Positions 10,960-21,335 of a DNA stretch of 64,000 nt are shown here, one piece after another. The translations under genes and the position numbers were made by a program. The notes beneath the pieces are model-generated. The model saw nothing but the letters and a program-made list of their open reading frames with translations. It had not been told where the DNA came from and did not search any database. Location of the stretch: NCBI GenBank assembly GCA_963796275.1, contig CAWCKY010000004.1, forward strand, positions 1,568,001-1,632,000, read 5' to 3'. The DNA is from an uncultured Acidobacteriota bacterium (lineage in GTDB: Bacteria > Acidobacteriota > Blastocatellia > RBC074). How positions within the stretch are numbered: position 1 is the stretch's first letter; every line of letters starts with the position of its first letter.

Positions 10960-12182
10960 TTAAAGGACCAGCGAGGCGATCTCCTGCTTCATCTTCCGAT
11001 GGCCTCGATCACCTTATCGATTCGAGTCGTGTCGCGCCCCTGCTCGACTGCCTGCTCGCGCAGTTCCTGCAATTTCGCGCCGATCTGCTTGAGTTTCGTG
11101 TTGGCCTCGATCGCGGCCTGCATCTTCTGCTCCTCGCTCTGCGCGGCTTGCTGCGCGTCCATGCATTCACGATGGACCGACGCCGCCTGGTCTTCGTAAT
11201 CAACGGCCTTGGAGTTGAGCGGATTGCCGATGCGGGCGAGCGCCTTGCCGATCTCGGCCTGTTGTTCGGGCGATTGCCACAGGACGTGTTTGAGGAAGAA
11301 CAAGATCATCCTCGGTCACCGCGTCGCGCCCTTCCGCGAGCGCGTGAGCCTGCAACACGCCGAGCGCCTGTCCCCATCGCCGGTCGCTGATGATGATTCC
11401 CTTGCCAGCGAGATCCCTGCGCAATTGCTCAATCAGGTCGATCGCCGCGTTCGGAATGGCGACCTGCGCGGCAGCCTGCTGCAAAGCGGCAAGCTCTGAC
11501 TGCAAGAGCGTCATCGGCTGGCTGCCATTCGAGTTATGACCGTTATGCTTCGCCGGCGAGCGGCGCGGATGAATTTGGCGAAGCCGGTGTCGGTGACGTA
11601 GCCGACACGGAAGCGCAGCAGGAACCGATCCCAGAGCGCTTCGAGTTCATTGCCCTGCGGCATCTCGTTGCTCGCGCCGAAGAGCGAGATCAGCGGGACC
11701 TGCATCTCCTGGTCGCCGTTGTGGAAGACTCGCTCATTGGCGATCTTCAGCAAGGCGTTCAGGATCGCGCTGCTAGCCTTGAAGATTTCGTCGAGGAAAA
11801 CGAGTTCGGCCTCGACAAGTTTTCCAGCCGTGATGCGCCTGTACTCATCGCGCTTAAGCCCGCTGACCGACACCGGCCCGAAGAGTTCTTCCGGCGTCGT
11901 GAAGCGAGTCATCAGATATGCGAAGCTCCGCAGGCCCGAGCCGTTCTGCGGGCCGATGCGCTCGGCAAGATTCGTGATCAAGGCCGACTTCGCCGTGCCC
12001 GGCGGTCCAAGTACGACCAGGTGTTGCCGTGCGAGCAATGCGACCAGAGAAGCGCGAATGACCTCGTCGCGCTCGATCAGCGACGCCGCCAATTCGCGTT
12101 CGATGGTTTGCAGTTTATCGAGAGACGGTTTGATGGATGCGAGATTGAGTGTTGTGGACATAGTGATCATCCTTTCACTCAT
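10960..12182 (-). CDS. MoxR/RavA-like AAA+ ATPase, split by apparent frameshifts
   Basis: Walker A GPPGTAKS, TRFTTPEELFGP, Walker B FLDEIFKA, ASNE, DRFLLR, ISDRRW lid, across ORFs 11511-12182, 11200-11514 and 10989-11309. Confidence 0.88.
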
Positions 12183-13147
12183 CTGCGTGCCGCTTCCATC
12201 TTTCTGCTCGATGCCGTGAGGAGGTTGGCGTCGCCTTTTCGTGCGCTGTGCGCTATACGGATACGGATTGGCGGAGGAGATGAATCTCCAGGTGCTTCAG
12301 TCAGGGATTCATGCAAGTATCCTGGGCGTAATGCAAATTGAAGACTCCACAAAACGGCGAAGTCACGTGATTAGTGGTCAGGATAGATTGAATGCTGGCC
12401 TGTCGGTAGGTGGCTGCTAGGATTGTGTCAGGAACCGCTTGCGACCCAAGGAGAACTTTTGCAACCAGGCAAGGAGCTGTCTGGTCGCGGCGTCGTCAGG
12501 AAAGATGCGCACTGCTTCCCGCGCCGTCCACCACTACTCGGCAGTTGTTGGCTGCGGTCATATCGAGCGACTTATTAGTTATCAAGTGTTCTGTGACAGG
12601 ACGGAGTTGGGTTGGGCTCCAGGTTTTGGAACTTCAATTGTCTTGAGCGAATCGGATAGATAGAGGGTTTTACATTGATCGCCAGTTGCAATAAGCTTTT
12701 GATCGCTTATCCTAAACCCTAACAATGATCCGATGCTATGCGCTAATAAGTTTTTTGGATTACCTTCAACAGTTGGCTCACCAACATTAACCCACCTATT
12801 TACTGTCCCGGTGAACAAATCGGCGACTTGAACCAAATTAAAAGCCGCAGAGTCTAATGTCCTTACGTCATTCAAACTGACTTGCCCCGGTGAGAACAGG
12901 GCTTTAGCCCCAGTAAGTATTCGTCTCTCCATCTCAGCTATTTCAAGCTTGTCTGTGTCACTATCCGCATCCTTAGAGATGCGTACAGATATGGGGGGAC
13001 TGATTCTTCTTGCATCAAACTCAGACTTAATACCTTGGAGAACGGTCTCAGCAAATGCATCATATATCGCCTTTGAAAGTCGGTTTGATGGAATACCCTT
13101 TCTCTCTATTATGAGCGCGACAAAAGAATTAAGTTGTGTTTGTATAA

Positions 13148-14660
13148 CTCGACTTTAGATAAACGCGGCTGGGGCTTCCACCACAGCCGCGCCAGGGTTA
13201 GTTGTTATGCGTGACCATCAACAAACCAACCCAAGAACATATTAATTCACTGACGGACTTTCGTCAGCAAGTTTACGCGCTCTTTGAAAATCAGCACGAT
13301 GCGTTGTTTGAAATCATGGATGCAGTAATCCAGACACCGGCCGCGCGCTCCTATGCTGAACTCTCGCTAGCTCCTGCCTTCACCAGGAAGTGGCCTAGCC
13401 TTTATAGCGCACTCGCCGACGGGTCGATTGATGTTAAAGAGCTGCGGGAGCTATGTCTGAAGCAAATGCCGCGGACGCAAGCGCGAATCCATTTCGCCAT
13501 CGACGTGATGGCCGTTCGGCGAATGAATTCGCCAACCTTGAAGGATCGCGTCTTTTGCCACGGGGCGAAACGCGAGGTTTCAGGCACTGGTATCATTATC
13601 GGATTGCCGTACTCGATTCTCGCTTTCGTCAAGCAGCGCGGGGCGAGTTGGGCGCCCTCGCTTCATACGCAACGAGTCAAACCCAGTCAGAGCGCCGTGG
13701 ATGTCGCAGTAAGGCAAGCCAGTTGGATCGCCGAGCAGCTGACGGCAGAGACGAGCCCCGAGATAGCTCTGGACGGCAGCTATGGCAATCTCAAATTCTT
13801 TCGTGGGATACGCGGCGTGAGAAGTTTTGCGACGGCCCGAATGCGAAATGATAGGGTGCTCTACCAAATCCCGCAGACACCCGCTGAAGGCGAACCGATG
13901 AAGCCTGGACGTCCACCCAAATATGGCCAGGAATTCCGCTTCGCTGACCCCCAGACTTGGCCGACACCGGATGAAGTCCTCGAGTTTGAAAACGCGCAAT
14001 ATGGGCGTGTCCGTCTGCAATTGTGGTCAACCTTACGATTCCGGACGAAAAAGAATGAGATTGTTGATATCCCCGCCGTTGTCCGCTCGCAGATTCATTT
14101 GGAGAGGGACCAGCCGCCCGCACCGCATTGGTACGGAGTACATAATGGGACGACAGAAGAGACCACTCTGGGTCGCGTCTTTGAGTGCATCACGCATCGT
14201 TGGCCGATAGAGCCCGCCAACCGATTTCGCAAAGAAAGACTCTACGCCGAGCTGCCGAAAGTGCGACAAGCCGAGGCCAGCGATCTCTGGCTTCAGCTTC
14301 TACAAGTCATCGAGTGGCAACTTTACCTCTGGCATCCGGCGGCGAATGATGCTCATCTGCCGTGGCAAAAGCCTCTTGCTCTCGAGCAATTGACGCCCGG
14401 CAGAGTGATCCGCTCGCTGAGTGAGAATTTAAAACGAGTAGGCACGCCGGTTTCGGCTGTGCTACCACGAGGAAAATCTCCAGGCTGGCCTTCAGGCCGA
14501 GTCCGGACAGCGCCAACGACCTACCTTCTTGAGTCGATGAAGCGTAAAAAGGCGCTAGAAATGTCAAAGAACGAATGAAACAAATGAAATGTTGAACGAA
14601 AGTAGCTCTTTTCAACCTGATGGATAGTCAGGTTTTGGGAGAGCGTTATCTAAAGTCGAG
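13148..14660 (+). mobile_element. Insertion sequence (IS701-like DDE), 1513 bp, 15-bp TIRs, 5-bp TSD TATAA
   Basis: CTCGACTTTAGATAA (13148-13162) and TTATCTAAAGTCGAG (14646-14660) are perfect inverted repeats; TATAA at 13143-13147 and 14661-14665. Confidence 0.92.
13202..14578 (+). CDS. DDE transposase (IS701/DDE_5-like)
   Basis: DALFEIMDA, FTRKWPSLYSALADG, FAIDV, ALDGSYG, GRPPKYG, RWPIEPANRFRK, RGKSPGWPSG. Confidence 0.9.
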   Translation: MLCVTINKPTQEHINSLTDFRQQVYALFENQHDALFEIMDAVIQTPAARSYAELSLAPAFTRKWPSLYSALADGSIDVKELRELCLKQMPRTQARIHFAIDVMAVRRMNSPTLKDRVFCHGAKREVSGTGIIIGLPYSILAFVKQRGASWAPSLHTQRVKPSQSAVDVAVRQASWIAEQLTAETSPEIALDGSYGNLKFFRGIRGVRSFATARMRNDRVLYQIPQTPAEGEPMKPGRPPKYGQEFRFADPQTWPTPDEVLEFENAQYGRVRLQLWSTLRFRTKKNEIVDIPAVVRSQIHLERDQPPAPHWYGVHNGTTEETTLGRVFECITHRWPIEPANRFRKERLYAELPKVRQAEASDLWLQLLQVIEWQLYLWHPAANDAHLPWQKPLALEQLTPGRVIRSLSENLKRVGTPVSAVLPRGKSPGWPSGRVRTAPTTYLLESMKRKKALEMSKNE

Positions 14661-15737
14661 TATAAGCGACTCTCCGAAAAATGATGCTGCAAGTTTAGCA
14701 TCATCGTGTTTGCTTATTTCGGAAAAGTGAAATTCTTTTGTGGTATTTCGTGCGGTTCTCCAGTGGTTGAACCTTCTTTCGAAGAACTCCCATTCATTAT
14801 GGTTGTAAATCCAATAGCTACCGACAACCACGTAATCATGAAGTCTTACCACTCTCGTCGGCAAAGATTGCAATTTCTGAAGCAATCCGCCCTTCAGGAG
14901 TAAATGCCTCTCTCGCTTCTTCTTCTAGTTTTCTCCTTTGTCTCCGAACTTGTGGATCGGCCTGAAAAAGGCCGTACTCATTTTGAATTTTAGCTCTGTA
15001 ACGCTGCATATCGTAGAACTTTGGAATCTCGTGAAGAGAGTCCAAAGATAATTTTCCATGTGCGTCAATGAACTTTGAATAGAATGTTTCAACCACACGA
15101 ATAGAAAGTTGGCGGTCTGAGTTTCGCGTGTCGGGATAGTGATTGAGTACATATGCAACCTGATCTTGCAATTTTACGATTTTGTTTTCACTCAATGCAC
15201 TTAGAAGCCTATCTCTAGCCCGTTCAATAGCTAGCCTTTTTTTCTCGTTTTTTTCTTGTGAGAGGTCAGACGCGACTATCTGATTCTGTTCTTCCATCTG
15301 ATACTCCCCTGAGGTAGAGAATAGTATCTTAAATTGCGAAGCAGATTTCGGCACCTCGGGTGCTGTACTGCTATGAGCCGCTACGATTGATAGCCAATGT
15401 CATGAGAGCGGAAATCAAGTAATATTTCTCGTCGCTTGATTCCTTCCAGTATATTTAGTGATCTATTTAATGCAAATCTTTCAACTTTTAATTTTCGAAC
15501 CGCTTTCGCTCAATAACCACGCCAGCATAGCTTCTGGAATATAGTAGTAGAGTAGGAATCGAGGGGGATCATTCTCAAGGTGTGCGAGCGTTTGGTTTGA
15601 GAAGACCGCGCTAGGTTAGAATTGCAAGCCACGGTTTTACCTGGCCAAGGCAGCTGAGATTAGCCTCGAACGAGTCTCGGATTAGGTTGCCGAGGGCGAT
15701 CGGCATTCGTGATGTCAGCCGTTAGCAGCCTGATCGT

Positions 15738-15944
15738 TTAGATGGTAGATTTTGGGATTCGGTTCGGTGAACCGGAGGTGTCAGTGACCCATATGAATGA
15801 ACTCGGCCAAAACCTGTGGGTCAATCGCGATGAGGTCTCCCGTCGCCACCAGACGGCGGGACAGAATGCCCGAGCAGCAGCCTGGTCGGTATGCTCCTTT
15901 ACTTCCGCCGCGACCAGAAAGCCGGTGTCCAGTAAATGAATCAT
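15738..15944 (-). pseudogene. PIN/VapC toxin, degenerate
   Basis: MIHLLDTGFLVAAEV start overlapping the antitoxin stop; IDPQVLAEFIH in a shifted frame; C-terminus lost. Confidence 0.6.
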
Positions 15945-16162
15945 AATCTGCCTTCCAACATTTCACCGAGAATATCGTCCTCGGCTGTCAGTGGACGCAG
16001 CATGACACCCAAGCTTACCGGCGCTATTTCCAGGATGCTATGCGGCTGTGGGCCAGCTGGCCAGGCAGCAGAAACGACCACGGTTACTTCCTGCCCCTCA
16101 GGCAATTGTATGCCGTTGTTGAGCACTATAACGCCGTTCCTTACGTGGCCACTGGCAACCAT
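15941..16162 (-). CDS. Putative antitoxin (AF2212/DUF104-like)
   Basis: GHVRNGVIVL..LPEGQEVTVVV motif; ATGA-type overlap with the PIN gene. Confidence 0.65.
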   Translation of the reverse strand: MVASGHVRNGVIVLNNGIQLPEGQEVTVVVSAAWPAGPQPHSILEIAPVSLGVMLRPLTAEDDILGEMLEGRL

Positions 16163-16350
16163 AGAAGATACTCCATGTGGAGAAGACATAAAAACATTTT
16201 ATCAACCAGGTTAAGCAAGCGAAAGTGAGGGACGCTTGCACGGAACTCTAACGGTGGAAACTGCCGCGAGCGAGAAGGCTTGAATCAATCTGAAGAAAGT
16301 CTCGGCGATTCGCCAGTTGTCTATAGCTTCATCTCATTTTAGGCATTTGC

Positions 16351-16611
16351 TCAACGCACCACTCCCGCCAGGGTATCGGTGCTATATTGCGGCTCCATGC
16401 CTCGAGCATAGTGAATGTTCCGGTACCCGCCATTTGGCACAGCATAAAGGAGGTCGAGTACGGGATATGCATCCTTGACAGCTCTCACCCATTTGATCAG
16501 GGCGACCTGGTGACGACGCACAAGCTCGCGCGGCTTGGCTCGCCGCTTGACGCCTAATTTCTCCCGGAGAGCTTCGTCAGACAACTCAGAGACGTGAGTG
16601 CGGATCGACAT
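16351..16611 (-). pseudogene. VRR-NUC-like nuclease N-terminal remnant
   Basis: HQVALIKWV...YPVLDLLYAVPNGGYR matches the N-terminus of phage VRR-NUC proteins; catalytic PD..E.K half absent. Confidence 0.5.
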
Positions 16612-16700
16612 ATTGGTCCTTGTTAAAGAGACGAAGGGCTTGGAACCCTCATTAGATGTAAGCGGGCAAATGGCGAACTAACGAACGAGAGCGTCGCCGC

Positions 16701-17864
16701 TCACCGTCCCTGCGAGCCGCTTCTGTTTTTCGAGCGAATTGGGAATGCGGTGGTCTCGGACAGGCGTGTCATCGCGATCTGTCGAAACCGGGGGCCGAGG
16801 CGATCGAGCCAGCGCTGGACGCTGATGGATGTGATCGGTAGATTGCGAACTGCGGCGTCGTCAACTCCCTTGACCCGGACATCCCACGAGGCAATGCGCG
16901 TCGTCGAGAGCGTCCTTTCGCGCTGTATCCGCCTAGCGACGAGCGCTGCCAGGTGAAAGCAGACCTTCTCGTTTGAATAATGATCTTGATCGAACGCAAT
17001 CCAAATAGGTCTGCCGTGTGTGAGTTCGATGATCGGGCTGTGATTGGCCGTTACGCATGGCGTCGCGACAATATACAACTCAGGATGGATGGCAGAGAGG
17101 ACATCCGCTTTGAGCACTCCCTCGACGATCACAATCCGGGCATCACGCGGAACATCAGCAAGATGGAACTTGAAATGTAACGGGCTGCCCGAGCCGGACC
17201 CGTGCGGCAGATCGGAAGAGGAGAGCCAGAGGTATCGCAACCCTTTCTTCGAAGCGATCGGCAGTCGAATCTGGCAGGCTTGAATGCGCCCCGAGTCATC
17301 GCGCACAGGGATAAGCAGTCTCGGGAGCAGATAATCTTTCGGCTTCCAGAGATGCACCCCCTGCCAGTCCTCCCAGAGCCCTGGAATGCCGCGCAGCGAA
17401 CCAACGCCCGGAAACTGGTCATTTATCTCCTGCAGGAGCAGCCGCGAGATGCGGTCTCGCTCTCTCGAACCTCCGGCCAGCCCTCCGTAATTGCCGATAT
17501 GACATTCGTTTAATCCGCGCGCAAGAAGCCCCGTCTCTCCGGCGATGAGCACGCCTGGATAGAGAGTGGCCGGGCTGAGTTCGATCAGTTTGCCGTAGAT
17601 GAAGTCGCGAATTTCGATAGAAGCGATCGGCGACTGCGGAAGATCGGCGGCGAGGCGAACGCCAATTCCCTTCTCTTCATGCGAATCTTCGTGAATGAAG
17701 ATCGCGCCGCCGTGGCTGTTGATCTTGCGCGCACCATCGCTTACGCGCATACACACGGAGAGAGTCTCGTCTCGGACAAACACGCACCAGTCCGGCTTTC
17801 CGCATATTCGGCAAGGCCTGCGCCGATTGACGCGGCAGAAGACGTTTGAAGTCGATGTCGGCAT
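16701..17864 (-). CDS. Primase-like protein (Zn-finger + TOPRIM, DUF3854-like)
   Basis: CRICGKPDWC..CMR Zn-binding region; LLIPVRD..GRIQACQIR; IVEGVLKAD and IAFDQD TOPRIM motifs; KGVDD. Confidence 0.75.
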   Translation of the reverse strand: MPTSTSNVFCRVNRRRPCRICGKPDWCVFVRDETLSVCMRVSDGARKINSHGGAIFIHEDSHEEKGIGVRLAADLPQSPIASIEIRDFIYGKLIELSPATLYPGVLIAGETGLLARGLNECHIGNYGGLAGGSRERDRISRLLLQEINDQFPGVGSLRGIPGLWEDWQGVHLWKPKDYLLPRLLIPVRDDSGRIQACQIRLPIASKKGLRYLWLSSSDLPHGSGSGSPLHFKFHLADVPRDARIVIVEGVLKADVLSAIHPELYIVATPCVTANHSPIIELTHGRPIWIAFDQDHYSNEKVCFHLAALVARRIQRERTLSTTRIASWDVRVKGVDDAAVRNLPITSISVQRWLDRLGPRFRQIAMTRLSETTAFPIRSKNRSGSQGR

Positions 17865-18037
17865 GGCGTCACTGCAAACCGCGCCATTTTCAGACCGATG
17901 AAGCGCGCCGATTGAGGAGCGCCCTCATTGACCGGATAACCAGCAAGACGCCGACGACTTCTCCCTTGAACGGCCGCCGGTCGAAATAACCAAACCGGTC
18001 TGGTCGGTAGTTTTTTGATTTTCGTGAGGAGATCCAG

Positions 18038-18502
18038 TCACCTATCGGGTATATCCCAGCCCAAGCTATAAACAGACTCCTCTCCTTTATAACCGATTAT
18101 CTTCAGATCAGATTGCCTGATGTAATTTTCCGAAAGAATGAACGTGGCGTAGGCGCAATGGTCCGGATCACCGAAACGAACCAATGAAGATAAACCACAA
18201 TCACCAAGAGCGACTCCTGTGCGTGCAGCTTGGAGATAGACCTCAAGCTCCGCATCGAATAAAACCGTCTTATCCGCGCAGTTATAAATCCGCACGCCCG
18301 CCACTGCATCTTCATATTTTGTATAAGTGTTGATTGCGCCTTCCTTCTGTCCGAAGAGTACGCGGATGCCACCAGCCGGAGCATCGTAAATGCGCACACT
18401 ATACCCGTCGCGGCTTGGAACAATTTTGTGTTCGACCATGGCAAAATCCTCCTTTTGCGCACTACCGTCGCCCGCTTTGTTCTTGTATGAGTGCTGAGCC
18501 AT
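18038..18502 (-). CDS. Hypothetical protein
   Basis: 154 aa ORF co-oriented with element genes. Confidence 0.5.
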   Translation of the reverse strand: MAQHSYKNKAGDGSAQKEDFAMVEHKIVPSRDGYSVRIYDAPAGGIRVLFGQKEGAINTYTKYEDAVAGVRIYNCADKTVLFDAELEVYLQAARTGVALGDCGLSSLVRFGDPDHCAYATFILSENYIRQSDLKIIGYKGEESVYSLGWDIPDR

Positions 18503-18630
18503 TTCTTGCTGCCCCTGACTCGTTGCGTGATCGCATAAGACCCCGAGCGGCGTTGAGGTCTGCTCTGGCGGATGTCGAAATCTTAAGTCCTTTCCATTGC
18601 CATTTTCTCTTCAACCTATTCCGCAAAGCC

Positions 18631-18939
18631 TCACTCTTCCCGCTTCTGTGTGCGGATTTTGCGAGGTGAGAGGTATTGAAGAAATCTCATCACCGGGAAT
18701 GCGGCTTCGTCCGGCGCTCTATCGACTACCGAGATACCCGTCAATTCTTTCAAGCGGTAGTCTTCAACCCCTTCGATTACTGTCCTTGTAATCTCAGGAG
18801 CGACGTCATATAACCTGCAAGCCTCGACATGCCTATTGACGAGCATGAGGACGTGGTCGATAACAGGCGTCTCCAGTTCTTGAGTCTTGAAACATCTTTC
18901 GATGATTTTACTTATCTGATCGACAGTGATGGTCGGCAT
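18631..18939 (-). CDS. Hypothetical protein
   Basis: GAGGAGG RBS before MPTITVDQ; co-oriented with element genes. Confidence 0.5.
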   Translation of the reverse strand: MPTITVDQISKIIERCFKTQELETPVIDHVLMLVNRHVEACRLYDVAPEITRTVIEGVEDYRLKELTGISVVDRAPDEAAFPVMRFLQYLSPRKIRTQKREE

Positions 18940-19482
18940 CTTCCCTCCTCTTGGCTGGTTAAAACGCGGCGAGAACAAGCTACCAGCGCGAGTGCTGGCT
19001 TGCGCTCACAATGCCGACCGCTATCTCTTTGTGATAAGAAGAAAGGCAATGGTATTTAAATGAAGCAATGCGCACCCTCCAGACCATCCTCAGAGTGCGA
19101 ATGCGAAATGGATTTCAGTTTTGTCGTTTTCGGGTTGTCTGCGCCCGAAATCAGAGCAACAGAGGGATGAGCCGGAAAATGTCTGGGTGGTGACCGGAGG
19201 ACCAAAAAGCCGGACTGAGTTTACGCCATCCAACTATTGGACATTGTACTAACTGCAAATTCGCCCATGGAACCATTCCTACCCTTGAAGGTATTCACGT
19301 TGGGTAATATTGACTTTCCGTGAAATTAATTGATGAAAGACCGAATTCAGCCATATCACTATATATAGATGAATGATAAGGGACGTATATGTATATGTTG
19401 TATAAAAAGAAAAGTAGGTGAAGGGGCAGGTAGCTCGTTATACTGCCTGCTCACTCTCAGATTCCCAGGAGATTTTCTGGCA

Positions 19483-20028
19483 ATGGCAAAGACAGAAGAG
19501 TTAAGTGTGAAGGCGGATCGGAATTGGCTCCGGCTTCCTGTGGTCTCGTTGGGCGCTGAATATCTAGTGATGGGCTATCTCATGCGCCGCAACATCCTCA
19601 CATACAAGGCCCCCCCGAACAACGAAGGCTATGACTTGATCTGCATTCATCCCGATCCTAGAAGAGTTCCAAGGCAGGGAGAGCGTGCTCAGATCCGGGT
19701 TCAGGTTAAGAGCCGATACGCTACGGATTGCGACCGAGGCTTTCCTGTGAAAGATGTTTCATTCGAAGCATTCGACTTCCTTATTATAGCTTTTCTCAAC
19801 ATCGGAAAGTTCTACGGGCGGAATGATGGGACTGATGGAGAGAGAGAGCCTGAGTTTTTCACGCTCCCAAATGAATTTATCAGAAAACATCACAATAAGA
19901 GTTCTTCATGGCAGAAGGTCCACCTTCGTCACTTAGAAGAAGAGATACGCCCTTTCGCTGGAGAGGCGGGATTCGAACAGATTGCCAAGGCGCTTGGGAT
20001 TCTTAAACCGACAAAACTTAGGCTCTAA
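19483..20028 (+). CDS. PD-(D/E)XK restriction-endonuclease-like protein
   Basis: GAEYLVMGYL..NEGYDLIC..IRVQVKSR pattern; CAGGAG RBS before MAKTEE. Confidence 0.7.
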   Translation: MAKTEELSVKADRNWLRLPVVSLGAEYLVMGYLMRRNILTYKAPPNNEGYDLICIHPDPRRVPRQGERAQIRVQVKSRYATDCDRGFPVKDVSFEAFDFLIIAFLNIGKFYGRNDGTDGEREPEFFTLPNEFIRKHHNKSSSWQKVHLRHLEEEIRPFAGEAGFEQIAKALGILKPTKLRL

Positions 20029-20220
20029 AGGTCACTCTGCTTGGGCAGCACCGGAACTTATCACTTATTCGTGAGCTTTCGCTGCGCTAGTACGACAATG
20101 GGGGCCAGCGCAGCGAATGCTCATGGCGTTTTGGGAGGGCCAAAGCTGGTCGCAGCCAAAGCGGCGCGCTCTGTCCTTACTCTACCGGCTTGGAGAAAGC
20201 CACCTTTTTCGCGAAGTGAA

Positions 20221-21006
20221 ATGAGCAAACAACACATTCTACCAAGAAAGAAATATGCGCTCTGGCTTGCGTACAATGGAATCTGCTACTACTGCAAAAA
20301 GTCGTTAGATTATGAAGATGTCTGGGTTGATCACATTCTGCCAGAGCATTTATTGAACACTCCTGAAAGGCTGAAGCACCTACTGCAAGAGTATGAGTTA
20401 GATTCAGCCTTTGATGTTCAAGATTACGGCAATTGGATTCCGACGCACTGGCGCTGTAATCTTGAAAAAGGCGGCACAATTTTTGATAAGGGCGCAGCAC
20501 GATACTACCTCAACATCGCCCGGGAAAAAGTCCCAGCTGCACAGGAACAAGAACGACGAGTTATTCGCAACCTTAAAAGAAGCAAGCTTCTTGGCAGTTT
20601 AGAAATCGCGATAAGCGAAGGGTTGTTATCTAAACAAGCTCTCGCCACTATTGTTATGCAAGCGCCGACGCCAAAAGCGGGAATAGAGCCTACGATTATT
20701 ACGTTTGGACTGAACTATTATGATTTGTTGGAAAGCGAGTTGCGCCCTGGCTGGCTGGACGGCTATGATCAATCAGATTATCTTTTTGTGTGCGATTTGC
20801 TTGAAAAGGATTTGGTCAAACAATTGAAATCTTTGCTGACGTGCGAATTCTTCTACCCGGAAGCATCTGAACGAAATGTTGAAACGCTCTCAGTGAGATT
20901 AGCTTTTGTTCAGCTAGATAAAAAAGAGATGCGCCGGTTCAAAAGTAATTGGTGGGAAATTCTGGAACTTGCAAGTCACTCGGACATTTACGGTGAATTT
21001 GCGTGA
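20221..21006 (+). CDS. HNH endonuclease with C-terminal extension
   Basis: CYYC..VDHILP..GNWIPTHWRCNLEKG. Confidence 0.8.
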   Translation: MSKQHILPRKKYALWLAYNGICYYCKKSLDYEDVWVDHILPEHLLNTPERLKHLLQEYELDSAFDVQDYGNWIPTHWRCNLEKGGTIFDKGAARYYLNIAREKVPAAQEQERRVIRNLKRSKLLGSLEIAISEGLLSKQALATIVMQAPTPKAGIEPTIITFGLNYYDLLESELRPGWLDGYDQSDYLFVCDLLEKDLVKQLKSLLTCEFFYPEASERNVETLSVRLAFVQLDKKEMRRFKSNWWEILELASHSDIYGEFA

Positions 21007-21059
21007 GCTTTCGATGCGCCGCGCCGGTACAACAATGGGTACCAGCGCACCGAAATCTC

Positions 21060-21200
21060 ACGATCAAACGAATCAGTAACCGTAGCAGCCGGTTCAGCAA
21101 CTGCGTGTCTTCCTCGCGAAGCTGTCCCCGCTTGAGCCGGGTAATAAGCGCCTCAATCTCTGCGTGGTCAATCGAATTGTGGTCAGGATCCTTCTTCATC
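21060..21200 (-). pseudogene. Possible transposase N-terminal remnant (IS66-like)
   Basis: MKKDPDHNSIDHAEIEALITRLKRGQLREEDTQLLNRLLRLL resembles IS66-type transposase starts; very short, no TIR verified. Confidence 0.3.
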
Positions 21201-21335
21201 GGCGATGGTGCCGATTCTACATGGCGCGTCGCTCGGGGGCGAGAGCGAGCAGGCCTTTTTGCCTTTTTACGCTCGGTATGCCGCAGGCACACTCTGGTGC
21301 CAAATCAGAGTGCCAAAATCAATCAGTAGACTCAT

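Larger units (their letters stand above)
12582..15297 (-). pseudogene. DUF3800-like (RNase H-like) protein interrupted by an IS
   Basis: N-part IFADESGK..YVVVG..KEFHFS and C-part DS..FNLVQVADLF; removing the IS plus one TATAA gives in-frame GESLI-QTQLNSF..; extra 1-nt frameshift near 14840. Confidence 0.75.

Noticed and set aside
10206-11390. 394-aa plus-strand ORF and similar long antisense ORFs (4730-5533, 54458-55339)
   Set aside because: They are shadows of GC-rich genes on the opposite strand, with no recognisable motifs.
16210-16270. c-di-GMP-I riboswitch-like GCGAAAG..GGGACGC
   Set aside because: It lacks the GGCAAAC and GCAAAG context and is explained by a simple hairpin GCAAGCG/CGCTTGC.
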